DNA of 32,000 nucleotides from Ruminococcus albus 7 = DSM 20455 (GCF_000179635.2 NC_014833.1:690001-722000); one strand, 5' to 3'; shown: positions 1 through 8,429, numbered from the stretch's first letter. Program-made: numbers and translations. The notes: generated from the letters alone by a model not told the origin.

Positions 1-1241
1 TTATACTATTTTCTATCGGCTACGGTCCGGATAAGGAAGGCAAAGTCAGCATGAACTTCGGTCCTCTCAACCGTGACGGCGGCTGGAGAAGACTCAACGT
101 TGCCATATCCCGTGCAAGAGAGAAAATGATAGTATACTCTGTTATACGTCCCGAGATGATAGACCTGTCCCGAACCCGTTCCGAGGGCGTTGACGGTCTT
201 AAAGGCTTTCTTGAATTCGCTGCAAAGGGAAGGGCGGCACTTCCTGTGCGTGCAGGCAGCGGAAGTCTTGGTACGGGCTTTGAAAAGCTCGTTGCAGCCG
301 AACTTGAACAGCGGGGCTACAGGGTGAAGTGCAGCGTGGGCTGCTCCGATTATAAAGTAGATGTAGCAGTAGCAGATCCCGAGGACGAAAATACCTATAT
401 CATCGGCATCAACTGCTGCGGAAGAAAATACTATGAGAACGGTACTGCCTATGACCGTACAATATCTCAGCCCGGTGTGCTGAAAGGTCTTGGCTGGAAC
501 GTTGTGAGCGTTTATATACTCGACTGGCTCACGGATAAAAACAAGTGTATGACCTCTATAATAAACGCGATAAATGAAGCTATAGAAGCTAAGAACGCTC
601 CTGCTCCCGCTGAAGAAGAGCCTCCCAAAAAGGCTGAGCCGCTGCAGTTTGAGCGCGAAGAGGTTTCCTCACTTGCCGATGAATGCGCTGAATATGTTCC
701 GTTCATACCGCCTGTTCAGGGCAAGTCTGAGGACTTCAACGAGCTTGCCTCCGATAAGATAGCAGCCTGCATAGATACCGTCCTTGAAGCCGAAGCTCCG
801 ATCAGCAGGGAAGTGCTTCAGAAGCGCATACTGACAGCCTGGGGCGTGGCAAGGCAGAGCAATCTCACTAAAGCAGCATTTGATATAGCTCTTGTTAAAT
901 CAAACGGAAAGTCTGTGGTTTCGGGTGATAACGAATTTATATGGCGCCGTGATCAGGATCCTGCTGCCTATGATATCTGCAGGGCAAAGTGCGATCACGA
1001 TTCACGACGTGATATCAAGGATATCCCACCCGAAGAGCTTGGCAGCGGTATCATACTTATACTGTCAAGACAGATAGCTATGCAGCGTGATGATCTTCTG
1101 CGTGAAACTGCTCATCTGTTTGGCTTTACAAGGGTGACTCCTGCACTGGAGGTCGCAGTATCTCTTGGAATAAAGGCGGCAAAGCAGCGTGGCAGGTTAG
1201 CTTTTGCCGAGGATGGTAAGGTGACTTATGTTGAAGAATAA
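1..1241 (+). CDS. SF1 helicase C-terminal part with REase-like insert and DUF3320-type tail (5' end outside window)
   Basis: The frame is open from nt 3 with no stop before the ATG at 51, so the gene starts left of the window. GWRRLNVAISRAREKMIVYS is helicase motif VI. KCSVGCSDYKVDVAV...IIGINCCG looks like the DUF559/REase-like module. The tail (ISREVLQKRILTAWG, LLRETAHLFGFTRVT) matches my memory of DUF3320. Confidence 0.75.
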   Translation, partial: ILFSIGYGPDKEGKVSMNFGPLNRDGGWRRLNVAISRAREKMIVYSVIRPEMIDLSRTRSEGVDGLKGFLEFAAKGRAALPVRAGSGSLGTGFEKLVAAELEQRGYRVKCSVGCSDYKVDVAVADPEDENTYIIGINCCGRKYYENGTAYDRTISQPGVLKGLGWNVVSVYILDWLTDKNKCMTSIINAINEAIEAKNAPAPAEEEPPKKAEPLQFEREEVSSLADECAEYVPFIPPVQGKSEDFNELASDKIAACIDTVLEAEAPISREVLQKRILTAWGVARQSNLTKAAFDIALVKSNGKSVVSGDNEFIWRRDQDPAAYDICRAKCDHDSRRDIKDIPPEELGSGIILILSRQIAMQRDDLLRETAHLFGFTRVTPALEVAVSLGIKAAKQRGRLAFAEDGKVTYVEE

Positions 1242-1710
1242 AGCATTGATAAAGCTGGGCGCGTTGCTGCTCCTGGCAGCTGCCATAAGAACGAAACTCT
1301 GCGTATACAGGGTTACTGGCAGCAGTATGGCACCCTCACTGCATGACGGTGATCTTGTGATATGTATGAGATCGCACCGCCCCGGAAAGGGCAGCATAGC
1401 GCTGCTTCACCGCGGCAGCAGCCTGATGATAAAACGTGTGATAGCTATAGGCGGAGAGCATCTGCGTATCGATGGCACAGGCAGGGTCTATGTGGATTCT
1501 GTCCTTTTGAAAGAACCATATCTGCGCGGAAGGCGCACACCTGATATACCGCTGTCACTAACTGTGCCGAATGGATGTGTATTCGTCATGGGCGATAACA
1601 GGGCTGACTCCGTTGACAGCCGTTCACCGCTGATAGGATTTCTTCATCACAGCCGTACATTTGCCGTTGCATTTGCTGTGCTTTCCCCGAAAGGGCTTGA
1701 TCTTCTGTGA
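1228..1710 (+). CDS. lepB: Signal peptidase I (S26)
   Basis: It has an N-terminal TM (LIKLGALLLLAAAI), a Ser box GSSMAPSL, a Lys box MIKRVIAIGGE and the GDNRADSVDSR box. The ATG overlaps the upstream gene by 14 nt, and AAGGTGA lies just upstream. Confidence 0.85.
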   Translation: MLKNKALIKLGALLLLAAAIRTKLCVYRVTGSSMAPSLHDGDLVICMRSHRPGKGSIALLHRGSSLMIKRVIAIGGEHLRIDGTGRVYVDSVLLKEPYLRGRRTPDIPLSLTVPNGCVFVMGDNRADSVDSRSPLIGFLHHSRTFAVAFAVLSPKGLDLL

Positions 1711-1764
1711 TATTTGATAAAAGGCAAAAAATGATTGCAAAATTATTAAACTTCTTCTAAAAGG

Positions 1765-1793
1765 TTGAATATCATATCTTTGTGTGCTATAAT
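1765..1793 (+). promoter_or_regulatory. Sigma-A-type promoter for the ABC importer operon
   Basis: TTGAAT (1765-1770), a 17-nt spacer, then TGcTATAAT (extended -10, TATAAT at 1788-1793). Confidence 0.55.
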
Positions 1794-1828
1794 AGGCGAA
1801 GTAAAAAATATTGAAAGGAAATGGTCAA

Positions 1829-2611
1829 ATGAAGAAGATATTTGCGACAATGGCAGCGGTAGTTATTTCAGCAGCTGTGATGACAGCCTGCGGCGGTAAA
1901 GTTCCCGAGAATACAGTACATTCCATTGATGACCTTAACGGCAAGACGATAGGTGTGCAGCAGGGTACAACAGGTGATACTCTGGCAAGTGATATCGATG
2001 ATGCTAAGGTGGAAAAATATAACAAGTATGCAGATGCTGTACAATCACTCAAACAGGGCAAGGTGGATGCAGTCATAATCGACAGCGATACGGCTTCGGC
2101 ATTTATAAACAAAAACGATGATATCGAGCTTCTGGACGAGGGCTTTGCCGATGAGGAGTACGCTATTGCCATGAATCTGGATAATACCGCTCTTCAGGCT
2201 GAGATAAATACCGCTCTCGATGAGCTTAAAAAAGATGGCACACTTGATGCTATCAAGAATTATTACGACGGTGAATCCGCAGGAGAGAATAAATTCACTC
2301 CCGATGCGAATGCCGATACAAGCAAGGGCAAACTGGTAATGGCAACTAACGCCGAATTCCCGCCTTATGAGTATAAGGAAGGCTCGGATATCGTCGGCTT
2401 TGATGTTGATATGATGACCGCTGTCTGCCAGAAAATGGGCTATGAGCTTGAGATAGAAAATATGCTTTTCAATTCCATTATACCCGCAGTCAAGTCGGGT
2501 AAGGCAGATGTTGGCGTTGCAGGTATGACAGTTACCGAGGACAGACAGCAGAATGTTCTGTTCAGCGACTCTTACACAACTACTCATCTTGTGGTTATGG
2601 TAAGAAAGTGA
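1829..2611 (+). CDS. Polar amino-acid ABC transporter substrate-binding lipoprotein (family 3 SBP, circularly permuted order)
   Basis: I place the start at ATG 1829 (MKKIF) with AAAGGAA 8-9 nt upstream, rather than the TTG at 1811. It has the lipobox VMTAC|GG and GlnH/HisJ-like motifs, but the C-terminal half of the fold precedes the N-terminal half (see finding). Confidence 0.85.
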   Translation: MKKIFATMAAVVISAAVMTACGGKVPENTVHSIDDLNGKTIGVQQGTTGDTLASDIDDAKVEKYNKYADAVQSLKQGKVDAVIIDSDTASAFINKNDDIELLDEGFADEEYAIAMNLDNTALQAEINTALDELKKDGTLDAIKNYYDGESAGENKFTPDANADTSKGKLVMATNAEFPPYEYKEGSDIVGFDVDMMTAVCQKMGYELEIENMLFNSIIPAVKSGKADVGVAGMTVTEDRQQNVLFSDSYTTTHLVVMVRK

Positions 2612-2629
2612 TCCGTAGATAAATACAGC

Positions 2630-2657
2630 GGGCTGTCCCGTAGATCGGGGACAGCCC
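2630..2657 (+). other. Intercistronic GC-rich stem-loop between the SBP and permease genes
   Basis: GGGCTGTCCC (2630-2639) pairs perfectly with GGGACAGCCC (2648-2657) around an 8-nt loop. It is followed by TTGAAATTT, which is not a clean U-run. Confidence 0.6.
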
Positions 2658-2676
2658 TTGAAATTTGGAGGAAAAA

Positions 2677-3366
2677 ATGGACTTCGTACAAAGCTTCAGG
2701 CAGAACTTTATAGAAGGTGATCGCTGGAAGTATCTTACTGACGGTCTGGTGGTCACACTGGAGATAACAGGCGCAGCAGTGCTGCTGGGTCTGCTGCTCG
2801 GATTTATAGTAGCTATAATAAGGTGTACATATCTTAAAACAGGCAAGATGAAGATCGCGGATGCCTTGTGCCGATTATATCTCACGGTAATACGCGGCAC
2901 GCCTATGATGGTTCAGCTGCTCATAATATACTTTGTTGTATTTGCCAGCGTGAACGTTTCAAAAACGCTGGTGGCGATAATCGCATTCGGTATAAACTCG
3001 GGCGCCTATGTGGCTGAGATAGTCCGCGGCGGTATAATGAGCATCGACAACGGTCAGATGGAAGCAGGCAGAAGCCTTGGTCTGAATTACAGGCAGACTA
3101 TGACCAGTATCATCATGCCCCAGGCACTAAAGACAGTTCTTCCCGCACTTGCCAACGAGTGCATTGTGCTGCTGAAAGAAACATCTGTTGCAGGTTATAT
3201 CGGTATCTATGACCTTACAAAAGGCGGAGATGAGATCCGTGCACAGACATATTCACCGTTCCTGCCTCTGATCGCGGTGGCAGTGATATATCTGGTGATG
3301 GTCATGTTCCTGACATTCCTTGTCGGTAAACTTGAAAGGAGGCTGTCTGCAAATGATAGACGTTAA
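2677..3366 (+). CDS. Amino-acid ABC transporter permease (His/Glu/Gln/Arg/opine family)
   Basis: ATG at 2677 sits 5 nt after GGAGG. It is a multi-TM protein with an EAA-loop-like region ([25 protein letters not shown]). Confidence 0.9.
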   Translation: MDFVQSFRQNFIEGDRWKYLTDGLVVTLEITGAAVLLGLLLGFIVAIIRCTYLKTGKMKIADALCRLYLTVIRGTPMMVQLLIIYFVVFASVNVSKTLVAIIAFGINSGAYVAEIVRGGIMSIDNGQMEAGRSLGLNYRQTMTSIIMPQALKTVLPALANECIVLLKETSVAGYIGIYDLTKGGDEIRAQTYSPFLPLIAVAVIYLVMVMFLTFLVGKLERRLSANDRR

Positions 3367-4081
3367 GGGTCTTAAAAAGAATTTTGGTGAGATAGAAGTC
3401 CTCAAGGGTATCGACGAACACATCGAAAAGGGCGAGAAAGTGGTTATCATCGGACCTTCGGGTTCCGGTAAATCAACTTTTCTGCGTTGCCTTAACCTTA
3501 TGGAAAAGCCTACCGCAGGTGAGATACTTTTTGAGGGAAAGGATATCACTAAGCTGAAAGAAAAGGAGATAGACCATGTCAGACAGCGTATGGGCATGGT
3601 TTTCCAGCATTTCAATCTGTTTCCGCATATGAGCATCAGAAAGAATATCACTTTTGCTCCCGTAAAGCTGGGTCTTATGACAAAAGACGAGGCTAATGCC
3701 AAGGCTGAGGAGCTTTTGAAAAGAGTAGGTCTGCCTGATAAGGCTGACGAGTACCCCACTAGACTTTCCGGCGGACAGAAACAGCGTATCGCCATAGCAA
3801 GGGCGCTTGCCATGAATCCCGAAGTCATGCTTTTCGATGAGCCTACCTCGGCACTTGACCCCGAAATGGTGGGCGAGGTGCTTGAACTAATGAAACAGCT
3901 TGCTGATGCAGGTATGACTATGGTCGTGGTAACTCACGAGATGGGCTTTGCCAAGGAGGTTGCATCCCGTGTGATGTTCATGGCTGAAGGCTATGTAATG
4001 GAGCAGAACACCCCGAAGGAGTTTTTTGAGGATCCAAAAAATCCCAGACTGAGGGAATTTCTGTCAAAAGTTCTTGCCTGA
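3353..4081 (+). CDS. Amino-acid ABC transporter ATP-binding protein (GlnQ-like)
   Basis: ATG at 3353 (MIDVKGL) follows AAAGGAGG and overlaps the permease stop. Motifs present: Walker [10 protein letters not shown], signature LSGGQKQR, Walker [12 protein letters not shown] and H-loop VVVTHEM. Confidence 0.92.
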   Translation: MIDVKGLKKNFGEIEVLKGIDEHIEKGEKVVIIGPSGSGKSTFLRCLNLMEKPTAGEILFEGKDITKLKEKEIDHVRQRMGMVFQHFNLFPHMSIRKNITFAPVKLGLMTKDEANAKAEELLKRVGLPDKADEYPTRLSGGQKQRIAIARALAMNPEVMLFDEPTSALDPEMVGEVLELMKQLADAGMTMVVVTHEMGFAKEVASRVMFMAEGYVMEQNTPKEFFEDPKNPRLREFLSKVLA

Positions 4082-4110
4082 CAGCGAAATATTGGCAAAA
4101 AATAATTGTA

Positions 4111-4140
4111 AGCAGTCACAATTAGTGTGACTGCTTTTTT
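4111..4140 (+). terminator. Rho-independent terminator of the ABC importer operon
   Basis: A 10-bp perfect stem AGCAGTCACA/TGTGACTGCT with loop ATTAG, followed by T6. Confidence 0.85.
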
Positions 4141-4340
4141 GATGAATATATTATTTTTTTCTTACTTGTAACATATACAAATAATTTAACATATCGTATT
4201 ATTAATTAAACGCGGTTTTTGTTTAAGATAATTGTCAAAGTTATACAATTATCAAGAACCAATTAGATCATATCAACCTTACTCTCAGGCTAATGTCGCG
4301 ATTATTTAGAGAAAATTCACAATTGGGTATCAATACATAC

Positions 4341-4369
4341 TTGAAAAACAAGCAGTTGTCCGCTATAAT
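4341..4369 (+). promoter_or_regulatory. Sigma-A-type promoter upstream of the peroxidase gene
   Basis: TTGAAA (4341-4346), a 17-nt spacer, then TATAAT (4364-4369). Confidence 0.55.
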
Positions 4370-4425
4370 CAAAATTGAAGGGAAATGAATGAATATAACG
4401 ATTACTCGCGAATGGAGGTCTTGCT

Positions 4426-4899
4426 ATGGGGATATATGATATTACTGTTAAGGACGCTAAGGGTAATGACGTTGCATTGTCTGAGTACAAAGGCAAGGTG
4501 CTGCTGATAGTAAATACCGCCACACGCTGCGGCTTTACTCCTCAGTATGAAGGTTTGGAGAAATTGTACAAAAAGCATAAGGATGAGGGTTTTGAGATAC
4601 TTGGTTTCCCATGTAACCAGTTTGCAAATCAGGCGCCTGAATCCGAGGATGAGATCATCGCTTTCTGCAAAGCGAATTACGGTGTTACTTTCCGTCAGTT
4701 TGCCAAGATAGATGTCAACGGTGAGAACGAATCGCCGCTGTATACTGCTCTTAAAGCAAAGCGCGGAGGCGTACTTGGAAATAACATCAAGTGGAATTTT
4801 ACTAAGTTTCTGGTTAACCGCGAGGGCGAAGTGGTAGAGCGCTTTGCTTCCGCAACGACCCCCGAAAAATTGGAGAAAAAACTTCTGGAGGTGCTTTGA
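4426..4899 (+). CDS. Glutathione peroxidase family protein (Cys-type)
   Basis: LIVNTATRCGFTPQY contains the peroxidatic Cys, encoded by TGC. ILGFPCNQF and WNFTKFL are the conserved GPx boxes. GGAGG lies upstream. Confidence 0.9.
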   Translation: MGIYDITVKDAKGNDVALSEYKGKVLLIVNTATRCGFTPQYEGLEKLYKKHKDEGFEILGFPCNQFANQAPESEDEIIAFCKANYGVTFRQFAKIDVNGENESPLYTALKAKRGGVLGNNIKWNFTKFLVNREGEVVERFASATTPEKLEKKLLEVL

Positions 4900-4900
4900 C

Positions 4901-6010
4901 ATGGATCGTTTTGCGCTTGAAAGTTATCTTGCCCAGGGCGTAGAGCGCATGGTTCGTGATATGATACGTGTGGCTGCACGCGATCCTAAGACGAGTGCTT
5001 TCGTATTGAAATTTTCAGCGGAATGTATGAAAGCTTCCAAAAAAAGAGAACGCTCAAACAGGAACGGCAGCCATGTGCCGCCGTTCCTTATATGCAGTCT
5101 TACCGAGGATTGTCCTCTGCATTGTGCAGGCTGCTATGCCAGAGCAAATCACTGTCACGGTTCGGATGAAAATAACCTTAGTGCCAATGAATGGCTGGAT
5201 GTTTTCAATCAGGCGGCTGACTGTGGCATAAGCTTTATACTACTGGCAGGCGGTGAACCTCTGTTAAGGCGAGATGTTGTATTTTCAGCGGCAAGATGCC
5301 AGAACTTATTCTTTCCTATATTTACCAATGGTACGGTCATAGATGATGAGTATACCGAGCTTTTTGATAAGCATCGCAATCTGTTCCCAGTAATAAGTAT
5401 AGAAGGCGGCAAAGCATCGACTGACGGCAGACGCGGCAGCGGAGTTTACGATACCATTATGGACAAGATGACCGCACTGCAGAAAAAGAGGATACTTTTC
5501 GGTGCGTCCGTCACCGTGACTAAGGCTAATATGGACGAGGTGCTTGGCGAGGAATTCATTTCTATGCTGAGGGATAAGGGCTGCAGAGCTGTATTTTATG
5601 TTGAGTATGTGCCTGTTGACGGCAGGGACGAACTCGCACCCGATGAAGCAGCGCGTGCTTCCTTTGATGCCCGCCTTGCTGAACTGAGGAAAGATCATAA
5701 TGAACTTCTGTTCGTATCCTTCCCGGGCGATGAACATTCATCAGGCGGATGTCTGTCTGCGGGCAGAGGATTCTTCCATATAAACTCCCACGGCGGTGCC
5801 GAGCCTTGTCCGTTTGCACCGTATTCAGACAGTAATGTGCGCGATAAGTCCCTGACCGAGATAATGGAATCCAGGCTGTTTGCTGAGCTTCGTGAATTGG
5901 GCGTGCTTGAAAGTGAACATAACGGCGGCTGTGTCCTGTTTGAAAAACGGGATGTCATACGTTCATTGTTCCCGCAACACTCCGGTTCAGAAAAAACTGA
6001 CCGCACATAA
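4901..6010 (+). CDS. Radical SAM protein of unknown function
   Basis: I place the start at ATG 4901 (MDRFAL), 1 nt after the peroxidase stop. It has the CPLHCAGCYA CxxxCxxC cluster motif and GGEPLL, plus C-terminal Cys residues (GGCLSAG, EPCPF, GGCVLF) that suggest an auxiliary cluster. Confidence 0.8.
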   Translation: MDRFALESYLAQGVERMVRDMIRVAARDPKTSAFVLKFSAECMKASKKRERSNRNGSHVPPFLICSLTEDCPLHCAGCYARANHCHGSDENNLSANEWLDVFNQAADCGISFILLAGGEPLLRRDVVFSAARCQNLFFPIFTNGTVIDDEYTELFDKHRNLFPVISIEGGKASTDGRRGSGVYDTIMDKMTALQKKRILFGASVTVTKANMDEVLGEEFISMLRDKGCRAVFYVEYVPVDGRDELAPDEAARASFDARLAELRKDHNELLFVSFPGDEHSSGGCLSAGRGFFHINSHGGAEPCPFAPYSDSNVRDKSLTEIMESRLFAELRELGVLESEHNGGCVLFEKRDVIRSLFPQHSGSEKTDRT

Positions 6011-6077
6011 TTCTATATGTCATTTATCCGCAGAGGCGGTGCGCTTATACGGCGGCCTGCCCCTGCCTTTTTATGTC

Positions 6078-6106
6078 TTGACACCAGTACACGGCGGTGA
6101 TATAAT
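6078..6106 (+). promoter_or_regulatory. Sigma-A-type promoter of queH
   Basis: TTGACA (6078-6083), a 17-nt spacer, then TATAAT (6101-6106). Confidence 0.6.
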
Positions 6107-6147
6107 CAGTAGTGGATATTGCTATAATAATTGGATGAGGTGAAAGG

Positions 6148-6783
6148 ATGGAACAGCAGATCAAGATCAACTACCAGCGCAGACTAGATGATATTATACG
6201 CGGACTGGATGAGGCTTCGCCTCCGCCGAAGCTTCTCCTGCACAGCTGCTGCGCTCCCTGTTCGTCATACGTGCTTGAATATCTGTCACAGTATTTCAGT
6301 ATAACTGTTTTTTACTATAACCCTAATATATATCCCCCCGAGGAGTATGACCACAGGGTAAAAGAACTTGAACGTCTTATCGCTCAGCTTCCTGTTAAGA
6401 ATCCCGTCACCCTTATTGAACGCGGTTATGATCCGCAGGAATTCTATACCGCGGTGAAGGGGCTTGAGAATATTCCCGAGGGCGGTGAGCGCTGCTTTGC
6501 CTGCTACCGTCTGCGGCTGGAACGTACTGCTCAGCTGGCAAAGGAGCTGGGTGCAGATTACTTCACTACCACCCTGTCTATATCGCCGTATAAAAATGCC
6601 GCAAAACTCAATGAGATATCCGAGGAGCTTTCAGAAGTCTATTCCACAGCTGCACTGCCTGCCGATTTCAAAAAGAAAAACGGCTATAAGCGCTCTATTG
6701 AGCTTTCCGCTCAGTATGATCTCTACCGTCAGGACTACTGCGGCTGCATTTTTTCCAAACGCGAAAGGGAACAGCAGACCTGA
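6148..6783 (+). CDS. queH: Epoxyqueuosine reductase QueH (DUF208)
   Basis: LLLHSCCAPCSSYVLEYL, ERCFACYRLRLE, TTTLSISPYKN and YRQDYCGCIFS are the characteristic QueH Cys motifs. RBS is GAGGTGAAAGG. Confidence 0.9.
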   Translation: MEQQIKINYQRRLDDIIRGLDEASPPPKLLLHSCCAPCSSYVLEYLSQYFSITVFYYNPNIYPPEEYDHRVKELERLIAQLPVKNPVTLIERGYDPQEFYTAVKGLENIPEGGERCFACYRLRLERTAQLAKELGADYFTTTLSISPYKNAAKLNEISEELSEVYSTAALPADFKKKNGYKRSIELSAQYDLYRQDYCGCIFSKREREQQT

Positions 6784-6861
6784 TACCGATCATGTAACTG
6801 CAGATGCAGCTCCGTACTTTACGGTTCGGGGATGTATTTTATGCCAATTTCTGTCTGGCGG

Positions 6862-6890
6862 TTGACAAAGTGCCTTATATGTTGTAAAAT
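6862..6890 (+). promoter_or_regulatory. Sigma-A-type promoter of the small dockerin gene
   Basis: TTGACA (6862-6867), a 17-nt spacer, then TAAAAT (6885-6890). Confidence 0.5.
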
Positions 6891-6991
6891 ATAACGTAGT
6901 TATAAGATGACATCTCTCTGACCAATAAAAAGATATCTGTCAGCGGGATAAATGTATACCAAAAGACAAAGTGTAAAAATGGAGGAATAAC

Positions 6992-7972
6992 ATGAATATC
7001 AAAAAAATAACAGCTTTGCTCTCTGCTATGGCGATCTGCGCTAATACCGCTGTATGTGTTTCCGCTGAAGAAAACAGGGTCTATAATGTCCGCAGTGTGA
7101 TCTCCAGCGAAGAATTCGATTATCAGTCATGGAACTGGGATTATATTTCCGAAGGCACAAATACCGTGACTCTTATATCCCCTAAGGACAGCAAGGGAGA
7201 GTATTCCGGCTTGAAGGGTATCGGTATGCTGGCTATAGACCTGGAAGACTGCTATTTTGATATAGGTACTGTCAGGGTCGATTCCATTAAAGTTGACGGC
7301 AGACATCTTGATTTTGATCCCTCTGCAATAGTGTACGGCGCAAATGACGGCGAGGATAACGATAATTTCCGCATCGAGCTGTTCAATAGCTTTGGCGAAA
7401 CAAAGGATCGTCCTCCTTTCGATGCTTCTTCAGTAAATGTAAATGAAAAGGTGGAAGTCACTTTCACGTTCAGTACCGAGGGCTACAGCGGCGGAACCCG
7501 CGAGTTCAGCGGAAGTGTTGTAGAAAAGAAAAAGTCCAATAGCCCACAGCCAATTACCGGCTTCAATGTTAAGATAGGCAGGTATACCGAAAACCGCTCA
7601 CCTGTATTTGACAGCAGTATCAAGTGCGATATCACCGGAAATAAATTTACTGCTGATCTTGAGCGAGGACACTATGATGTCTCCATAAGCAAGGAGGGCT
7701 ATGTTGAAAGGGTCATCAGGAATGTTCCTGCCGGCAAACGTGTTCCCTCTGAACTCAGCAATGTTGATCTGAGAGTGTTCGGCGATATAAACGGCGACGG
7801 TGCTATAAACGTTACTGATATCTCTTCGGCAGCAGCGTATGTCAAGCGTGCGAAGTCATTCAGTGAAGAGTATCAGTCCAAAGTTGCGGACTGTTCACAT
7901 GACGGCAAGGTGAATGTTGCGGATATTTCAGCGATTGCGGCTGCTGTTAAGGGCGTCAGAAAAATAAAATAA
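6992..7972 (+). CDS. Secreted dockerin-containing protein with an uncharacterised N-terminal module
   Basis: It has a signal peptide (KKITALLSAMAICANTAVCVSA|EE). The C-terminal type-I dockerin starts near nt 7781 with two Ca-loop repeats, DINGDGAINVTD and DCSHDGKVNVAD. The middle segment (YDVSISKEGYVERVIRNV) resembles a CarboxypepD_reg/Cna-B-like beta-sandwich. Confidence 0.8.
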   Translation: MNIKKITALLSAMAICANTAVCVSAEENRVYNVRSVISSEEFDYQSWNWDYISEGTNTVTLISPKDSKGEYSGLKGIGMLAIDLEDCYFDIGTVRVDSIKVDGRHLDFDPSAIVYGANDGEDNDNFRIELFNSFGETKDRPPFDASSVNVNEKVEVTFTFSTEGYSGGTREFSGSVVEKKKSNSPQPITGFNVKIGRYTENRSPVFDSSIKCDITGNKFTADLERGHYDVSISKEGYVERVIRNVPAGKRVPSELSNVDLRVFGDINGDGAINVTDISSAAAYVKRAKSFSEEYQSKVADCSHDGKVNVADISAIAAAVKGVRKIK

Positions 7973-7990
7973 AAAAATTGAAAAAAAGAC

Positions 7991-8019
7991 TTGACAAATC
8001 AGGTTTTATAGTGTATAAT
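7991..8019 (+). promoter_or_regulatory. Sigma-A-type promoter of tRNA-Thr
   Basis: TTGACA (7991-7996), a 17-nt spacer, then TATAAT (8014-8019). The tRNA starts 44 nt downstream. Confidence 0.6.
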
Positions 8020-8062
8020 ATATAAGTCGGTTGACGAGAGTACTCAAAACGACCGACTGTTA

Positions 8063-8135
8063 GCTGCTATGGCTCAGGTGGTAGAGCACATCCTTGGTAA
8101 GGATGAGGTCCCCAGTTCGAATCTGGGTAGCAGCT
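8063..8135 (+). tRNA. tRNA-Thr (anticodon GGT)
   Basis: Hand-folded cloverleaf: acceptor GCTGCTA/TAGCAGC, D arm GCTC-AGGTGGT-AGAGC, anticodon arm CATCC-TTGGTAA-GGATG and T arm CCCAG-TTCGAAT-CTGGG. No CCA is encoded. Confidence 0.9.
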
Positions 8136-8145
8136 CTTTTATATG

Positions 8146-8178
8146 ACCGATATCCGTGAGGGTATCGGTTGTTTTTTT
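8146..8178 (+). terminator. Rho-independent terminator after tRNA-Thr
   Basis: Stem ACCGATA/TATCGGT (with an inner CC/GG pair), followed by TGTTTTTTT. Confidence 0.7.
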
Positions 8179-8248
8179 GCCTTGAGCAGTGATATGATAA
8201 TAAAAGTCCCGCATCATATACATGATACGGGACTTAATAAATATCAAG

Positions 8249-8337
8249 CGCAGATGGAGAGATTTGAACTCTCGCGACGGTATTCCCGCCCTACCGCATT
8301 TCGAGTGCGGACCCTTCAGCCACTTGGGTACATCTGC
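8249..8337 (-). tRNA. tRNA-Ser (anticodon CGA), type II with long variable arm
   Basis: The reverse complement folds with acceptor GCAGATG/CATCTGC, anticodon arm CCGCA-CTCGAAA-TGCGG, variable arm GGCGG-GAATA-CCGTC and T arm GAGAG-TTCAAAT-CTCTC. No CCA is encoded. Confidence 0.88.
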
Positions 8338-8360
8338 GTACTGTTCAGAACAGCTTATTT

Positions 8361-8389
8361 ATTATAGCACACTTTTTCAAAAAAATCAA
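8361..8389 (-). promoter_or_regulatory. Sigma-A-type promoter of tRNA-Ser
   Basis: On the - strand: TTGATT (8384-8389), a 17-nt spacer, then TGcTATAAT (TATAAT at 8361-8366). Confidence 0.55.
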
Positions 8390-8429
8390 GGGGTTTACGA
8401 AATTTTTTCTGTGCAACCATTAATATGAA

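Noticed and set aside
4228-4322. Possible redox-regulator sites upstream of the peroxidase gene: the inverted repeat ATAATTGT-N9-ACAATTAT (4228-4252) and a Rex-like half site TTCACAA (18-mer at 4305-4322).
   Set aside because: The region is very AT-rich, so an 8-bp inverted repeat is not clearly above chance. It lies ~90 nt upstream of the -35. The Rex-like 18-mer matches only about 4 of 7 positions in its left half.
4426-4899. Possible selenocysteine in the glutathione peroxidase.
   Set aside because: The peroxidatic residue is encoded by TGC (Cys). There is no in-frame TGA and no SECIS-like hairpin.
8143-8428. Two + strand ORFs (8143-8367 and 8222-8428).
   Set aside because: They run across the tRNA-Thr terminator and the reverse complement of tRNA-Ser and its promoter. 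The RNA-gene explanation is much stronger.
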